64,000 nt of DNA, from positions 62,001-126,000 of the forward strand of contig JBEWZL010000166.1 in NCBI GenBank assembly GCA_045837725.1, given 5' to 3'. This DNA is from Vermamoeba vermiformis. Taxonomy: Eukaryota. The translations under genes were made by a program, and so were the position numbers. Below the pieces are notes generated by a model. It searched no databases, was not told the DNA's origin, and was given only the letters and a program-made list of their open reading frames with translations. Of the stretch, positions 1 to 13,972 are shown one piece after another; within the stretch, counting starts at the first letter, position 1; every line of letters begins with the position of its first letter.

Positions 1-1362
1 GTACATATGGCTGCGACTACTTGCTTAGTGTTTGGGGCTACGACCTTGAGTCTTACTTCGGCGACTTAATCGAGCAATTGGAAGCCATCGGATATAAGCG
101 CGCTGTTAATTTGAGATCAGGTAAGCACATATTATTCTTGTTCTATTAGCATATAATATAAAGATCACTCCTGAAATCGAGTTTGAGACGATCGGTTTCT
201 GGATGTCGGTCTAACCGTTATCTACTTAGCTAATTACGACTGGAGAGTATCACCCGATTCGATAAGAGATACCTTTTATGTAGATTTGAAGGTAAGTTGA
301 GATTACGTATGAAGTTAAAACTCACTTGTGGATGCGCAGGCACTAGTTGAGAAAATGAGCGCGGAGAATGGCGGTAAAAGAGTTCAATTGTTGGCACATA
401 GTCTTGGGAACTTGGTTACTATTGATTTCTTGAATACTATGACGAACTCTTGGAAAGAAAAATATATCAAGAACTTCGTATCGGTTTCTGCGCCTTGGGC
501 AGGTAATACTTATAACATATATAGCATTGTAATGATTTTATCAAGTATATTGTACTCATTTCTTCGTTATTTGAATAGGTGCTAGCAAGTCCTTGCGAGA
601 TCTGTTGTCCGGCGACAACATCATTGGCAACACTTGGTATAATCGCTGGTTCGATATCTTCGATAGAATAAGAGTACGTAGCAACACTATAGCATTATAG
701 TATAATTCAATTTATGCCTCAAATTTTGCAATTTTAATTCACTGCGCTTTTGTACTGGCTAAGATCTGACTTCAATTGTAACAGATTGCTCATATGGCGC
801 AAAACTTTGGTGCTATTACGTTCTTATTGCCAACATATAACCTATGGGAAGGCTTTCCTCTAGTCGAGTTCACATCCATCAACCAAACTTTGGATGCGAC
901 GATGATCGACAAGATTTTCGCTCTGACCGGAAATTATCAGCCAAGAATGATATACAATAATATTAAGAACATTCTCGCAAACATTCAGCCGCCCGGTGTA
1001 GATCTGCATTGCATAACCGGATCTGTACGTTGAAATGCGCTGTGGCTTAGCCAGAGAGCCTTATATCGCTTTAATATCATATTGTCACTATTGTATTAAT
1101 ATTCATGTACTAGGGCCTCGAGACTGAAAAGAGATACGTGTACAATACGCCAGAAGCGATGCATACTGAAATGCAAGCCTATTGCGGCAATGGCGATGGA
1201 ACGGTCCCTGAAGAGTCTCTGCGCGTATGTAATACTTGGGCTAATAATGGCGCGAATAAGGGCAAAGTGGTCACGTATAAGGAATTTAATGGACGCGAGC
1301 ATACGGGGATCTTGAACGATAGCGAAGTAATCCAAACCATTTTAGCATTAGTTGACAAATAA
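1..1362 (+). CDS. LCAT / group XV lysosomal phospholipase A2 family protein, 5'-truncated by window edge, multi-exon
   Basis: Spliced exons give YFGDLIEQLEAIGY, YDWR, LLAHSLGN (lipase nucleophile motif), WKEKYIKNFVSVSAPWAG, PPGVDLHC, GDGTVPEESL and EHTGIL; GT-AG introns join the ORF fragments. Confidence 0.93.
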
Positions 1363-3048
1363 TTTATTCGATGTAATATTTAACCAATATTTAAAAAAAT
1401 GATTCGTTCTTCGTTGATAAATCCACCAAGTTACAAGATTCGATTTTAAAAATATTCTTAAAAATTACCTGTAAGGCCCCGTCATGCTTGAATTGACATC
1501 ACCGTTTATATTTAATGGTCTACAGTAGCGAAACGGATCTTCAGTACCGTTTGGCAAAAGTAAATCTGCTGGTACAACGAGTACTGTTAGGACTCCGACC
1601 GCGTTCTACGTAAGTCTTGATTTTTTCGCAAAGCGGAACAAACAGCCCGCAGGATGACCTAGACGCCGCTAGATGATACGCTTTCCATACGGACCTCCGC
1701 TTGCGGGGCAGCCGCATCAGCTACAAAAAAATCGGAAAAGTTGCCGCATCGGTTTCAATTGCTTACTTGTTCTATTTTGATAATTATCACTTTCGCGTTC
1801 TGAATATATCTTAGTTTCCAATAAGTCGAAATGCACCAATCGGATCGCTTTCAAGTTTTCTATTACCATAAAGAGAAAAATCTTTGCTTTCTTATTTGTA
1901 GCAACACCAAGTACACCACCACAACGTAATTTATTCTTATTGCGTAGCTGATATACAAAACAAGAATGAATTCATTGACGAGTGGATTGGTCAGCTCAAA
2001 AGTTATTCGCGTAGCTTCAGATGCGGATATCGAAGAAGAATGCTGCAGAAAGAACCCAGACTTCTTCCCCGAGTTAATGCCTCTTAAGAGATTATCCTCT
2101 GATAGTTCTGAATCGCCGAAACGAATGCCAACGCCAGAATACACCGGATTTTAATGCGTAGGTTACCTAAACCCAAGTAGGTGCCTCAAATATTCAGGAA
2201 CAGAGGACATAACGCGGAAAAATGATGACGAAGCGAATCGGTTGTAAATTATTGTATATAAAATAGCTGTATTATTGTTGCGAATCCGTTGTGCCACTTT
2301 GTGATTTTCAGCCTTTACGCTGAAGAATAGTTTTCAAATCTATATATGAGCAGTAAGTAAGAGTAAATGTTATATGGAATATTCATTGGTCTATTCGAAA
2401 AACTTTTCGAGCGTAACGGCAAGATCCTCAACTGCGGAACAAAGGACTTGCTTTCCGACCAAACGACAATATTATAGGGCTCAATGCTACAATCGTGCGA
2501 GATTATGCGGAGTAACGCGTACCAACGTACGTGTACACCTGCTAACGAAATTTCTTCAGCGGGCTTTATTTTTAGTAACGCCACATGTCCGAAATTCTTT
2601 CTGCCGGAATTTAGTAGGAAATTGCGTAAATGAAGGAAGAACAATAATTCATTGGTTAAAAACTCACGCGCAGCTCATCCGGTACAATAAGGCGGAATAC
2701 CGCGAGTTCGTACACCACCAATTTAACCAGCAAACATTTCAATCCCATCTAAGGATTGGATTTCGATGCGACAAAACTATTCGGCGGCCATACCGCGAGT
2801 TTAGCAGTTCGCTGGTAGATCTCCAACGAGAATTTGTTATTGAGGATCAAGCATGAATGAAGCTAACATATCCGCTTCAAACATCTAACTACTTCTTTTC
2901 GGCATATTCAGAGATATACTTGATGTGCGTTGCGGTTAATGGGCTAAAGGCACTAATTATTAAAATTTCGTATTTTTAGTAACCCAATCTTTATTAACTC
3001 GCACGCGCAACATCACAGCTCAGTATAATTGAGCAATAGTAATTATAG

Positions 3049-5004
3049 ATGGGGGATAATTTAGGGTCTTTCTCCGTGTTACCCACGGAGATACGTCGCC
3101 TCATCCTTCAAAAGTGGATCTCCGTTGTAAATATTCTCAAGTAAGTCTCGTTTGTTATTTAGCATAAATTTGTTATATTCATATTGTAAATGAGTGTAAT
3201 TCGTTAAAGTAAACCATGGAAAATACCAAATCATTAGGTGGATCGAAAATTAAATTCAAAATTCAAAAAAAACCGATTTAAATTATGATTTATATGTCAT
3301 ATTATTGGCATGCGTTAATGAAAACATTAGGCATCTTTAAATTTATTTCCCAAATTTCTGGTGGTTTTATCGGAGATCAAGGTTGATATACTCCGAGGCT
3401 GCTTGATATCTATTAAGAATATTTATATAGTGCTAAAATAGATTATTAACGCTGGAGATTGCGTTAAATTGGAAAAAAAATCTAATTTTTTGTGTTGCAG
3501 AACTGAGACCACGTCAAGAAGCTGGAGAAAAATGTGCTGGGATGCATTAACGGACATTAATATCAGAATACCGAAGAATACGGAAGCAGCACAAAAAATT
3601 ATGAATAGTGCAGTATTGTCACGCGTCAGAAAATTTAATGTTTATTTGGCTTACAATGGCGAAGCTTCTTTCACTCAATTTTGTCATTTAACGAAGATGA
3701 TATCATTAAAAGAATTGTCTTTTGGAGGAATTGATAGCAACACCGAACAAATTGTTCGAGAAAATGTCAAGGCCATGACGTGGATCCAGTCATTGCAGCT
3801 CCGTTATAATAAGAAGATTACACCTGATATATCGGAAATATTATTGTACCAGACGGGCCTTAGAAAACTTGTCCTAGGCCATGCCTCATCTCTCACATGT
3901 AAGTCAGTTTCAATTCGTCAAAAGTAGTGCCTAACAATAATTTTTTTAGCAATTGCCAGTATTGAGCTATTAACGAAATTAACGGCGCTAAAATTGCCTT
4001 TTTGCGATTCAATAGGCGATATAGAACTACTACGAGTGTTTTTATATTTGACAAACTTGATCACGTTGGATCTGACTTGGTTAAAGAAGATCACCCCAGA
4101 TTCGTTTATGCACATTACAAATTTGACGAATTTGACACTACTCGATATATCAAATTGTTCTATGCTACCTGATAGTGCATTATCAGCATTAGTGCCATTA
4201 ACAAGGCTCGCGCATCTCGATATGAGTTTTTACAACAATTTGACAGACGAAGCAATGCTGCATATTTCCAAATTGACCAATTTAACGAGGATAGTTATTA
4301 CCGAAAAGACATTGACCGATAATGGCTTAGCTAGATTTACAGCGCTAGTCAAAATGAAAGATCTGGATATTTCAATTGGGGCGCATTCTTGCGAGTTCCT
4401 AAGAGCCATGACTAATTTAGAACGGCTTTCGGCGAATTCAATTACCGATGCATTGCCACCAATGCCTAAATTAGAGCGACTAGTATTCAAGTCGTCTACT
4501 ATTAAAGGCGCCTTGCGAGAGTCATTAACAAATTTCGTCAATTTAAAATCGCTGCATTTCCTATATTGCGGTGTCGGAAGAAAAGTATTAAATATTCTTA
4601 CGTCATTCTCGCAGCTGACGAGCATCTATATGTACGGCGCTCGAGTTGAAGGTCAGAAATTTTATCAATTTTATTTTTGGATCGCGTACCAGCTCAATTC
4701 TAACTTCTAATTAACTATAGCTTGCGAATATTTGGCTAAGTGCACTACTCTTAATATCGTGGAATGGAATTGCCGAGAGAATTGGTCAATGCTTTCAAGT
4801 TTAACGAATCTGACTTCGTTACGATTAACTGTTGGTGATACCGATGAAGTCAATTTTGGAGACGAAGACTTTAGAGGATTCGCTACATTAACGAAGCTCA
4901 CTTCAATACATCTAACGGTACGAAATCAATCTCAAAAGGACGTGATCTTGCCGTACTTCGATAAAATGACTCCAAGGCGCGATGTAAGAATAGCAATCAT
5001 ATGA
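3049..5004 (+). CDS. F-box/leucine-rich repeat protein (4 exons)
   Basis: First exon MGDNLGSFSVLPTEIRRLILQKW is F-box-like (LPxEI); ORFs 3469, 3994 and 4732 carry LxxLTxLDLS-type LRRs linked by GT-AG introns. Confidence 0.85.
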
Positions 5005-5150
5005 AACGGTGTAAATATAAACTAATCAATTACATTGAATGCACAACTTTATTGTCACTTCGAGTATTAGTAACACTATTAAGTCACATCCAGATTCGTA
5101 TTTACAAAAAAATTTAATTGGAAAGCTCTAAGGCGATACAATTAAGAAAA

Positions 5151-6114
5151 TCATTCAATTTGGATCTCATTGGGCTTCTTAGTCTCGGGCTTAGGCAAGT
5201 GCACCTCCAAGACTCCGTTTTCAAACTTGGCCTTAATTTGGGCTGGATCCGCATCTCGAGGAACAGGAATGCGTCTCAAGAAGGAGCCATATCTTCTCTC
5301 TAATCTCACCATCTTCTTATCGTAGCCTTCTTTCTTCTCTGTCTTCTTTTCGCCCTTGATCTCAAGCACACCATCATGTAACGAGATCTTGACGTCTTCT
5401 TTCTTCAAGCCCGGCAATTCGGCATGAACGGTGATCTCTTTATCGGTCTCGGCGACGTCTAATGTGGGATTGAACTTCATTTGGGCCTGCATGGACTTCA
5501 TACTGCGTTCCATGTCTTGAAACGGATCAAATCTGTTGAACAACGAGCGAGTACGAGAGAACGGGTCAAGCATGCTGAACATGTTGTCCATTTGCTTTTG
5601 CATGCGGTTGAACTCGCTCATCCACCATCTATCCGTGTTGTCGAGCGCCCAAAGTTCCGCATCGGATTCAGGTCGCGCAGAAACTTCTCCGCTCATTGGC
5701 TCCTTTGAAACAGCGACTATTGAAATATGAATATTAGTATCTGCAATGAATATATCGTGATGTCCTTAATTTCAAATTTCCGTCTTGAAAAGGAAATAAG
5801 CAATATTTTCAGAAAAAATGCTGATCGGATCGCATCTCGACTGCAAACTAAACTTGATTCTTGAAAATAAGTGCTTTAGTGTGCTTACCTTCTTGAGACT
5901 TATCGTCAGTCTTCTTCTCTTCAGTGGCATATTTTCTTCGTGAGAGTAAGGCCGTACTTCCAAGCGCGGATCTGTTCAAACAAAACGCATTAGTATTTCA
6001 TTCAGAAATATTAAACGAGTATACTATTGCTAATTATACTTACCTTACTTCGTCCTTATTCTTCAAGCCAGATCTAGAAACCTTTGATACTTGTTTGGCT
6101 AAATTGCGCAACAT
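5151..6114 (-). CDS. Small heat shock protein (HSP20/alpha-crystallin) with N-terminal mitochondrial presequence; exons 6114-6044, 5971-5889, 5716-5151
   Basis: ACD motifs DVAETDKEITVHAELPGL, ERRYGSFLRRI, AKFENGVLEVHLPK and C-terminal IQI; two upstream exons splice in frame to give MLRNLAKQVSKVSRSGLK...LLSRRKYAT. Confidence 0.93.
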
Positions 6115-6953
6115 TTTCTGATAGGGTCTTACAATATATTAAACGATACTACTGCTAGGCAGATGTTGTTATATGTGTTTCAATAGCTACGATGAATTCA
6201 TTCTGCCGCACGCTCAGCCTATTTATGCCTTTCGTTCTCGCAATTTTGGATCTCAATGAAATTTTAATGAAAAATGCGTTGTATTTCAGCGAAACTGGGG
6301 CGTGCCAGTCATATTCAGTCAACCCCATCCATTTGCACGCATCATTCGGTGAAATAGTGGCCAGATTTAACTTTGTACTGAAACGATCCAACGCGAAATT
6401 TACTTGACTGAAATTATTAGAGAACAATTTCAAAATAGCACGCGCGCTGCATAATTTGTGTTAATAGTACGCCGTGTTTATATTGAGGTGAAAATAAAAG
6501 GCGGCTTTATTAATGTAAAGATTCTGCAGCGTTTTGGTAATCATTTTAAAACAACGGAAACAGATCCTCGGCTCTTGTTTTTTCAAATTTAAATTACAGG
6601 CGAAATAAGTATTAGCAAATTGTTTTTGTTTTGGATATTTTTGGCAAATACCGCAAGGTATTGCAGATAAGTTAACAAATCTGCTTTGAAGAAACGTTTA
6701 ACGAACTGACGTTATTAGGAGTACAATTTGCGTGCCGCGTGGTAAGATAATATTGGGATATTTTATACGTACTTAATTTGCTGGGATAAATCCAAATTCC
6801 ATTTTTAATCTGACGTTGAATCTGATCTTCGTAGTCTTTTTGGAATTCACGCATAACAACGTCAGCACATATATATATAACGTCTAATTATTTATTGCGT
6901 GCATGAATAGTTTTAAATCAACTTAGTGTTCTGTGGTCATAACTAAGTCCAAC

Positions 6954-9900
6954 ATGGAAAAAATAACTGAAACAAAATTGAATCCGGTCAATGCCGATTT
7001 ACAACAAGTAAATAACCACAATAGACCTACATAACAATAGATATTGTATATTTATATAGTATTGATAGTTGTTAAGCGAAGATATGGAGTCTCAAGCCAA
7101 GATCCCGCACTCATTTTATTTGAACGATTTTCTCGTGCCGGTAGAAGTAAGTTTAAGAATTTTCTAAATATTATGATATTCGATAACCACTATATTTGGA
7201 TTAGCAGCTCGCTAAATAACGGATGTCCAATAATTTGTAAATTCAAAAATATTCCCCAAAAATATGATTTTGGCCAAAATTAACAGTAAATGTAATATTT
7301 ATTATTAGCGATTAATAATAATATGGTCTAGTAATTTAAATTTTTTTGTCTTTATTGCGGAGACGGAGCCTAAAAATAGTTACACATTTAGTGCGGTGTT
7401 TGTCATCATTATATTTGGGGCTTTACTCGTCAAGGCTATCAATGTTCAGTATGCGAAATGTCTACGCATAGGTACGTCGATTAAACTACAAAATCATGAA
7501 CCAGATCCGTTCCGAAAAAACTTAACAAATTTGTTAATTCTGTTATAATAGGCATTGCATCGCTTCCGCGCCTAAAAGTTGCTTGCCTATATCACCTAAA
7601 GCACCACACGTCGAATCTCCTGTTCCAAATGTAAGATCCAGCATTAATCGGAGTATTTTTTAATCGCCGTTCCTGATTTCCTTATTATAGAAAAAGCCAG
7701 TGAAGAAGCCTAAAGTTGAAAAAGAAGCTACAAAGGTAATATAAGCCTTTCTATATTACATTCTAATTTTCAATGCGATCAGATCCGATTCGCGCATAAT
7801 TGGGTCGAAGGAATATTGCCTATGAACAGCGTGTGCCTCGTATGCGATGGTTCTATCAATTTATTCGATGGATTTAATGGCTGCGAATGCACTCGTTGCG
7901 AGAAGACTGTACGTATTGAACAAACATCACTTTTTATCAATTTTATTTTTGTACTGGAAATTTGGCGTACCATTATCTTACTAACGACGCTTTTCTAATC
8001 TATAATACATTATATATTATACTATATGCCATAGACGATAATGTTACCCTAATTTATAGGAACAGATCTTAACTACAAATTAATTACGGATTAGATCTTC
8101 GTTCAGTACTGACCAAATTGTGTTGATTATAGGTGCACAAAGACTGCGCTGAATTAAGTGAAATATGCAAGCCTATTCACAGAAATTTGATTTACGTGCC
8201 CGAAATAGACGATGATTTGGAGCTCGAAACAGCGAGCGATGATTTAATTAAGAAAAAACAGCAAGAAGTTCAAATGAACCCCAAATTAGCGAGAAGAAAG
8301 CCCTTATTAGTCATGATCAACCCTAAGAGCGGTGGTCAAGTTGGAACTGGTACGTAACAATTTTCATGAATTCGAAGACGGATCTAAAATTTTATTTTTA
8401 TAATGGCTCAAGTAATGTATAATATCTAGTACTAATTTTATATATTAGAATTAAAGAGACAATTTTCGAGCTTATTGAGCCCCGAACAAGTATTTGATAT
8501 TAACTCCTTTGGCGGACCAAGTCAAATGTACGTATGAAACCAACAACACTTTAATTTTAAATCTTAATAATTAAAATCAAAATAATATATATATTACAAT
8601 GCATAACTAGTGCGAATGGTTTTTGAGATTCACCAACATTGCAAGGCTCAAATGTTGGGCACTAAGAAAACCTATATTATTCAATTAGAACGTTTTAGTA
8701 GATATTTAATACTAACATATGTTACTATAGTCTACAGAAATTCAGAAAAGTGCGAAATCTGCGAATTTTAGCGTGCGGCGGTGACGGTACAGTAGGCTGG
8801 GTGATGAACGTTTTGGACGATTTGAACTTCAAGCCCTATCCTCCTGTAAGTACAAATACCTATTATTATAACTATACTAGCCACCTTCTATACACCGATA
8901 AGTTTATAATCAGATTCGTTGTAAAGACTTTTAGATCCAGCGGCCAAAAGTTCGGATCTGACACGTGTTTTTTAGGTCGCTATTTTACCGTTAGGAATTG
9001 GAAATGACTTGGCGCAAACATTTAAATGGGGTCCAGGTTACTCAGACGAATCAATTTCAATGCTCTTGCATCAAATTGAAGACGCGACACCTGCCAACTT
9101 GGATCGTTGGAAGTTGACCGTCACGGTTACAGATCCGGTCACTAAAGAACCCGTCAGCAAAACCACTATTATGAATAACTACATGAGTCTAGGTAAACCT
9201 ACATAACATAAAACTTCTTCCCAATAAGGAAACCGTCGTTCGTAAAACGGGTTCCATTTTTATTTTGTGGATTCCAAAAAAGGAAATTTTGCTATTAAGA
9301 CTTTTGCCTAATTTCCTTTTCTAGGAATTGATGCGCAAATTGCGCTAGATTTTCATCATCTGCGACGAGACACGCCTGAATTATGCGCATCGGTCGTCCT
9401 CAACAAATTTTGGTACGCGACTTACGGAGCTAAAGCGTTGTTCACTGGCCTTGAAAACTTGGAAGATTTTATCACATTGATTGTCGATGGCAAACAGGTA
9501 TAGTTTTGATTCTTAAACTAGCAGATCCGGATCCATTTTGACCGCGAAAAAATCAAAAATTCGTTTGACACGTGTCATTGAAAATTAATTATACAAATAG
9601 CGCTAAGAAGTCTTATATTAATTTTCGTTCTTATTGTAGGTCGAATTGCCTGAAGATGTTGAAGGATTAATTGCTGTTAATTTACCGAGCTATGCTGGTG
9701 GTTGTAATTTGTGGGGTGAAGCTGAAGACCCGAAAGTACGTATAATGCCACAAGATTACCATATTAGGCAAAGTACGTAACGATTCCAACATTACCTTAT
9801 TTAGTACAAGAAGTCCGCTATCGATGATAATTTAATCGAAATTTGCGCTTTGCAAGGCGTGTTCCATTTGGTAAGGCTCGCATTGCCTCTTAATAATTCT

Positions 9901-10208
9901 ATCCCTATTATTAATCTCAATGCTATAAATAGGGCACTATTCAAATTAAATGGAACAGCGGCATTCGAATCGCACAAGGCCGAGACATTAAAATGATTGT
10001 AAAGCCCAAAGATCAAGCGCCAATGCAGGTGCGTCCTATCATAATATATATATTGCGTATTAATACTCGTATTTATATATAATAATGTATGACTGTTGTT
10101 AATTTTGTTTGTGACCAGATTGATGGAGAGCCGATGTTGCTGTCAGAAGGCGTGATTGAAATTAAACCGCACAATCAATCAGTCATGTTACGAAAAACTG
10201 AAAAATAA
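6954..10208 (+). CDS. Diacylglycerol kinase with two C1 domains (DGK-epsilon-like), many exons
   Basis: C1 motifs [10 protein letters not shown]...CSVC and HNWVEG...CLVC...CTRC; catalytic [59 protein letters not shown]. Start exon is less certain. Confidence 0.93.
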
Positions 10209-10747
10209 GTAAAATGCATATGTTATAATACAATATTAGGCTACGTGCATATTCAATTAACTGACGAAGCCAAGAGCTTGAGCTTCAATAATGTGGATCA
10301 GCTCACCTTCGTAGCTAATCAAACTAATTTAACTGATCTCGGGGACGGCAGGATCCGTTGATATACTAACACTTTCTTTGACAACGAGGCTGGGGAAGGC
10401 GCTGGAGAGAATGGTCAAGTCGCTCACAATCGTAGAGGAGTGCTATGCTGTACAGCGACCGATGCAGTGCCGAGGTTTGTGCAATTTGACCGTAAGTAGC
10501 GCTGTGCGGACCACAATTGAGCACAAAATAAGCAAGTACCGCTGGACCGTACTCCTTTCGCATCTATTGCTTGCAGTTTTTTTACTGGAAATTTTTCTAC
10601 CTTTCAAATTGTAATTGACGTATTATAATAGTTAGTTTGATATTTATTTTGTGCACAAAACAAGATCCGTTTACGAGGAAAATAAGAATTAGGTCACTTT
10701 GTAACGTATTTTAATAGGCCAATTAATCGAATTCAAAACCGAACTCT

Positions 10748-11765
10748 TTACACGACAACAGAGGCCAAAGCGAGACATGAATCCCACACAGGTCTGTCTG
10801 TATCAACGCAGTACTGTTTGAAATCCTCAAGACCATTGCCATTAGCCTGATTAGGACCAGGATAAATATTCTTTTCGACGTGGATCGGGATCTCGGTCAG
10901 TTGCAAATGTCCGTTAAGCACTCCGTACACCGTGCCTGTGTAGTCTTGACCTTCTTGCAATCTGCGCGGATATATGTTTGGCATGTTAAATGTTATATAG
11001 ACTGGACCCTAATAACAACACGCACGTTAAAAAAAAAATTGACGGATGTAACCGGATCCGATCGCGTACCTTGCGATGGGGCGGGGGATTCTCCGGAGTA
11101 CCATTCGGGATGGTCACCAAAAGCAACTGATCAAAGTCTGGAGCTCTAGTGATAACATCTGGTATAATCTATATCAGAATAATGTTCTCGTGGATGCGGA
11201 TGTACTTACGTGACATGAATAAGTTCGATTCACTGTCTTCGAACAAAAGATAAGCGAGACCGTCAGGTTGAATAACGTTGATCATTTGACCGTAGACAAC
11301 ATCAACGAGATTAATAGTCACTGAGTCGAACATTAATGTAGCAAAGAAACCTTGGTAGAATTGCGTGGTAAAAGACTTGATCTGACCGCTGATGAATTGC
11401 GGCAAAATGAATTCTAAATTGACGTTAATTTTTTAAATATTAAGGATTTAATTAATAAGCCTACCTGGAGCTATGGTAAAGACCGTTTCATTTCCTGATC
11501 GGATCGCTTTACAATAGGCAGCCTTTAGTGCAGGTTGTACGGCGACTTCCGCAACGACAATATATTGATGAGGACACTCGAGTTCACCAAGATGATAGAT
11601 AAAAAAGCTATCACAAGAGGTATCATAATTAGGACTGAAAAAGACGAATCCGTGGCCAGATTGATAATCGCAAGGACCATTAGCGGGAGGGGCTACCATA
11701 TGATGGCCTTTATAGGCATAGCAACTCGTGGCGAGTAGAGCGAATAGCAATAGTCCTCGAAACAT
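10748..11765 (-). CDS. Secreted protein of unknown function (4 exons)
   Basis: Signal peptide MFRGLLLFALLATSCYA; ORFs 11448, 11169 and 10748 plus a short exon (VITRAPDFDQLLLV) joined by GT-AG introns. Confidence 0.75.
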
Positions 11766-12355
11766 CCTATGAATAATTCAGCAGTTAAAACTTCGTAATA
11801 CGCATCGTTGCAATTTGTAAATATTCTTATTATTATATACAATATAACTTATTTATTATAATATAATATAACTTACGCGAACTAGGAAATCGAAATGTGG
11901 TTCTTCTGTGCTGAGCAAGGAGAAAATAGATCTGGTTTGGTGAAAAATTGGCTTAAATCGGTCGGAAATTGTCACCAACCAATCGGACCGTGTTACAGAA
12001 CCTTCTAATACAGGCAACCGTAATAATTATAGCGGGGCTGAGGTAATTTTAGTTTAGAATTTTCTTCGGAGGATTCAAAGTACTTAGAAGGTCAGATCTC
12101 AATTCTGCTTTTTTTCTGGATCAGTAATATACTTTTTAAATGTTGGGTAATGGATCGAAAGTACTATTTGGAAGTGTTGCGTCATTTGACCTCGAGGTGA
12201 ACGCGGATCAATTTCCAAGTTTACTACAAACGCAGAAGACGGATAATAAGTTGCAGATGTTGCAGGTAATAAATAATTTGATTACTATTTACAAAATAAA
12301 TTAATGGGTTGATTGTACAGGGTTTTGGCGTGTCGGCAACATGACACGTGTCAAA

Positions 12356-13399
12356 TTACGAACTCTTGGCATACTTCAATCCCAAATAGACACCGACACA
12401 AGCAACGATACCAACAATTGTTAGAATCATTAGTACCCGGAGGCACTTGTCACGGGCTAAACCGACGATGAATTTCCTAATAAGGTAATGCCGTTAATGA
12501 GCTGTCAAGTGGATGTTTGGATCTGATATTTTTTTACCTTAATTCTTTTCTAGCTAAGGCTATTTCATCGTCTAATTGGTCCATCGCTTTATCAGCTCTA
12601 TTTAGGGCCTCGCTTTGTTGTTTCAGATCCGTCAGCACATTGACCCCGGTCTGAAAATCCAAGATCAGATTCACTTCTTCTTTTTTATCTTTTTCGACGA
12701 GCCCATTACCTCCTCGATATTTTTGACAGTGGTGATCATGCCTTTAACTCGTTTCTTATCGTCTTCTTGCGTATCAAACATTTCTTTCATCATTCCATCG
12801 TAAGTTGGTTCTGATCACAAATGTAAGTTACCAGATGCGTCAAATCTAAATCACTAAAATTAACTTACTTTCACCATTTTCGGATGCCTTAGCAGCGGCA
12901 ATAGAGTTCTTAATGAATTCGAGCTGTTCCTTGTACTGCTTGCCTTTCTGCGGAACTTTAGTTAGCAGATGTACGTACACAAATCAATTATTTCGAACCA
13001 TTACACGTAGATTAATATTACTAATATGAATTATGAACATACCTCGAAATAATCTTCGTATTGAGCTCGGTTGAGTTCTAATAATTCGAACGAATAACCT
13101 TTGTATTCGTCAGAAGCGGATTTGTGAAGTGCACTTAAGCGTTTGAGCTCCTGTATTAATAAATAAAATAATTAGCATTAACTATGAAGTTAATTTTGAG
13201 TTGACTCCAAGATCTTGCTGTCAAAAATTTGGAGGCGAAACGAAAATTCATTTAACGATGGCAAAAGAATACAGCATTGAGATAAACTGCATACCTGAGT
13301 TCTTTTTTGACCTTGCAGCTCGCCAAGATTATTCAAGCCATCCTGTAGCCTCTCAATTTTGAGGGAAAGCTCTTCGTCGAGATCTTCAATAATGCTCAT
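12356..13399 (-). CDS. Qb-SNARE (Vti1/NPSN-like)
   Basis: Helical N-terminus, SNARE motif NIEETGVNVLTDLKQQSEALNRADKAMDQLDDEIALARKELRKF, then DK and a C-terminal TM helix (VLMILTIVGIVACVGVYLGL). Confidence 0.85.
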
Positions 13400-13972
13400 T
13401 ATTTCAACGCTTTGTGGTATGAACTTGATTCGATTAACGATAAATATACGTTGATAAGGAAATTTTTTATATTCCGACCCAATTTCATGTAAATCCGGAT
13501 CTTGCATTTTATTTGAAATTGAGGTAATGATTTGAAACCAAAATTTTAACAGTTGCGACTAAAAAAATTCATCAAATTTACCACAACACTCATCCACTTG
13601 CGCGTTGTCGGGTCTCTAGCGTCCACAGGCAGGTGATCAGACCCAACGTTGCTCGCAGATTCGACAGCACGTCGATAGAAAGGACACAGAGTGCTACGGC
13701 TTTGAATATTTATCATCAGGCAGAACTTGGCTTTTATGGTGCTGGTATGCATTTTATTGAATAATCAGAGTTTTTAAATAAATTAATTGTTTCGGTGGCC
13801 CAAGAACAAATCAATCCAGCGATTGGTAAGATTTGTTACGTTTAGAAATTTCTTCAGACCGTTCGTTAAGCACGCATTTAAGAAAAAAACCTAAAGATAA
13901 CTGACCGTTGTTGTCAAAATTCCGTGGCTTGCGTCTCAAATCCGGCAGCTTTTGTCAACAAACGTAACAAAG

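Noticed and set aside
1440..2900. ORFs 1863-2144(-), 1966-2154(+), 2315-2644(-), 2374-2856(+) and a GC-rich patch at 1620-1750
   Set aside because: No recognisable domain or consistent splice model; minus-strand exon-like pieces contain stops, so possibly a relic. No snRNA consensus found.
6155..6860. Minus-strand ORFs upstream of HSP20
   Set aside because: Cannot be joined into an intact gene and show no motifs.
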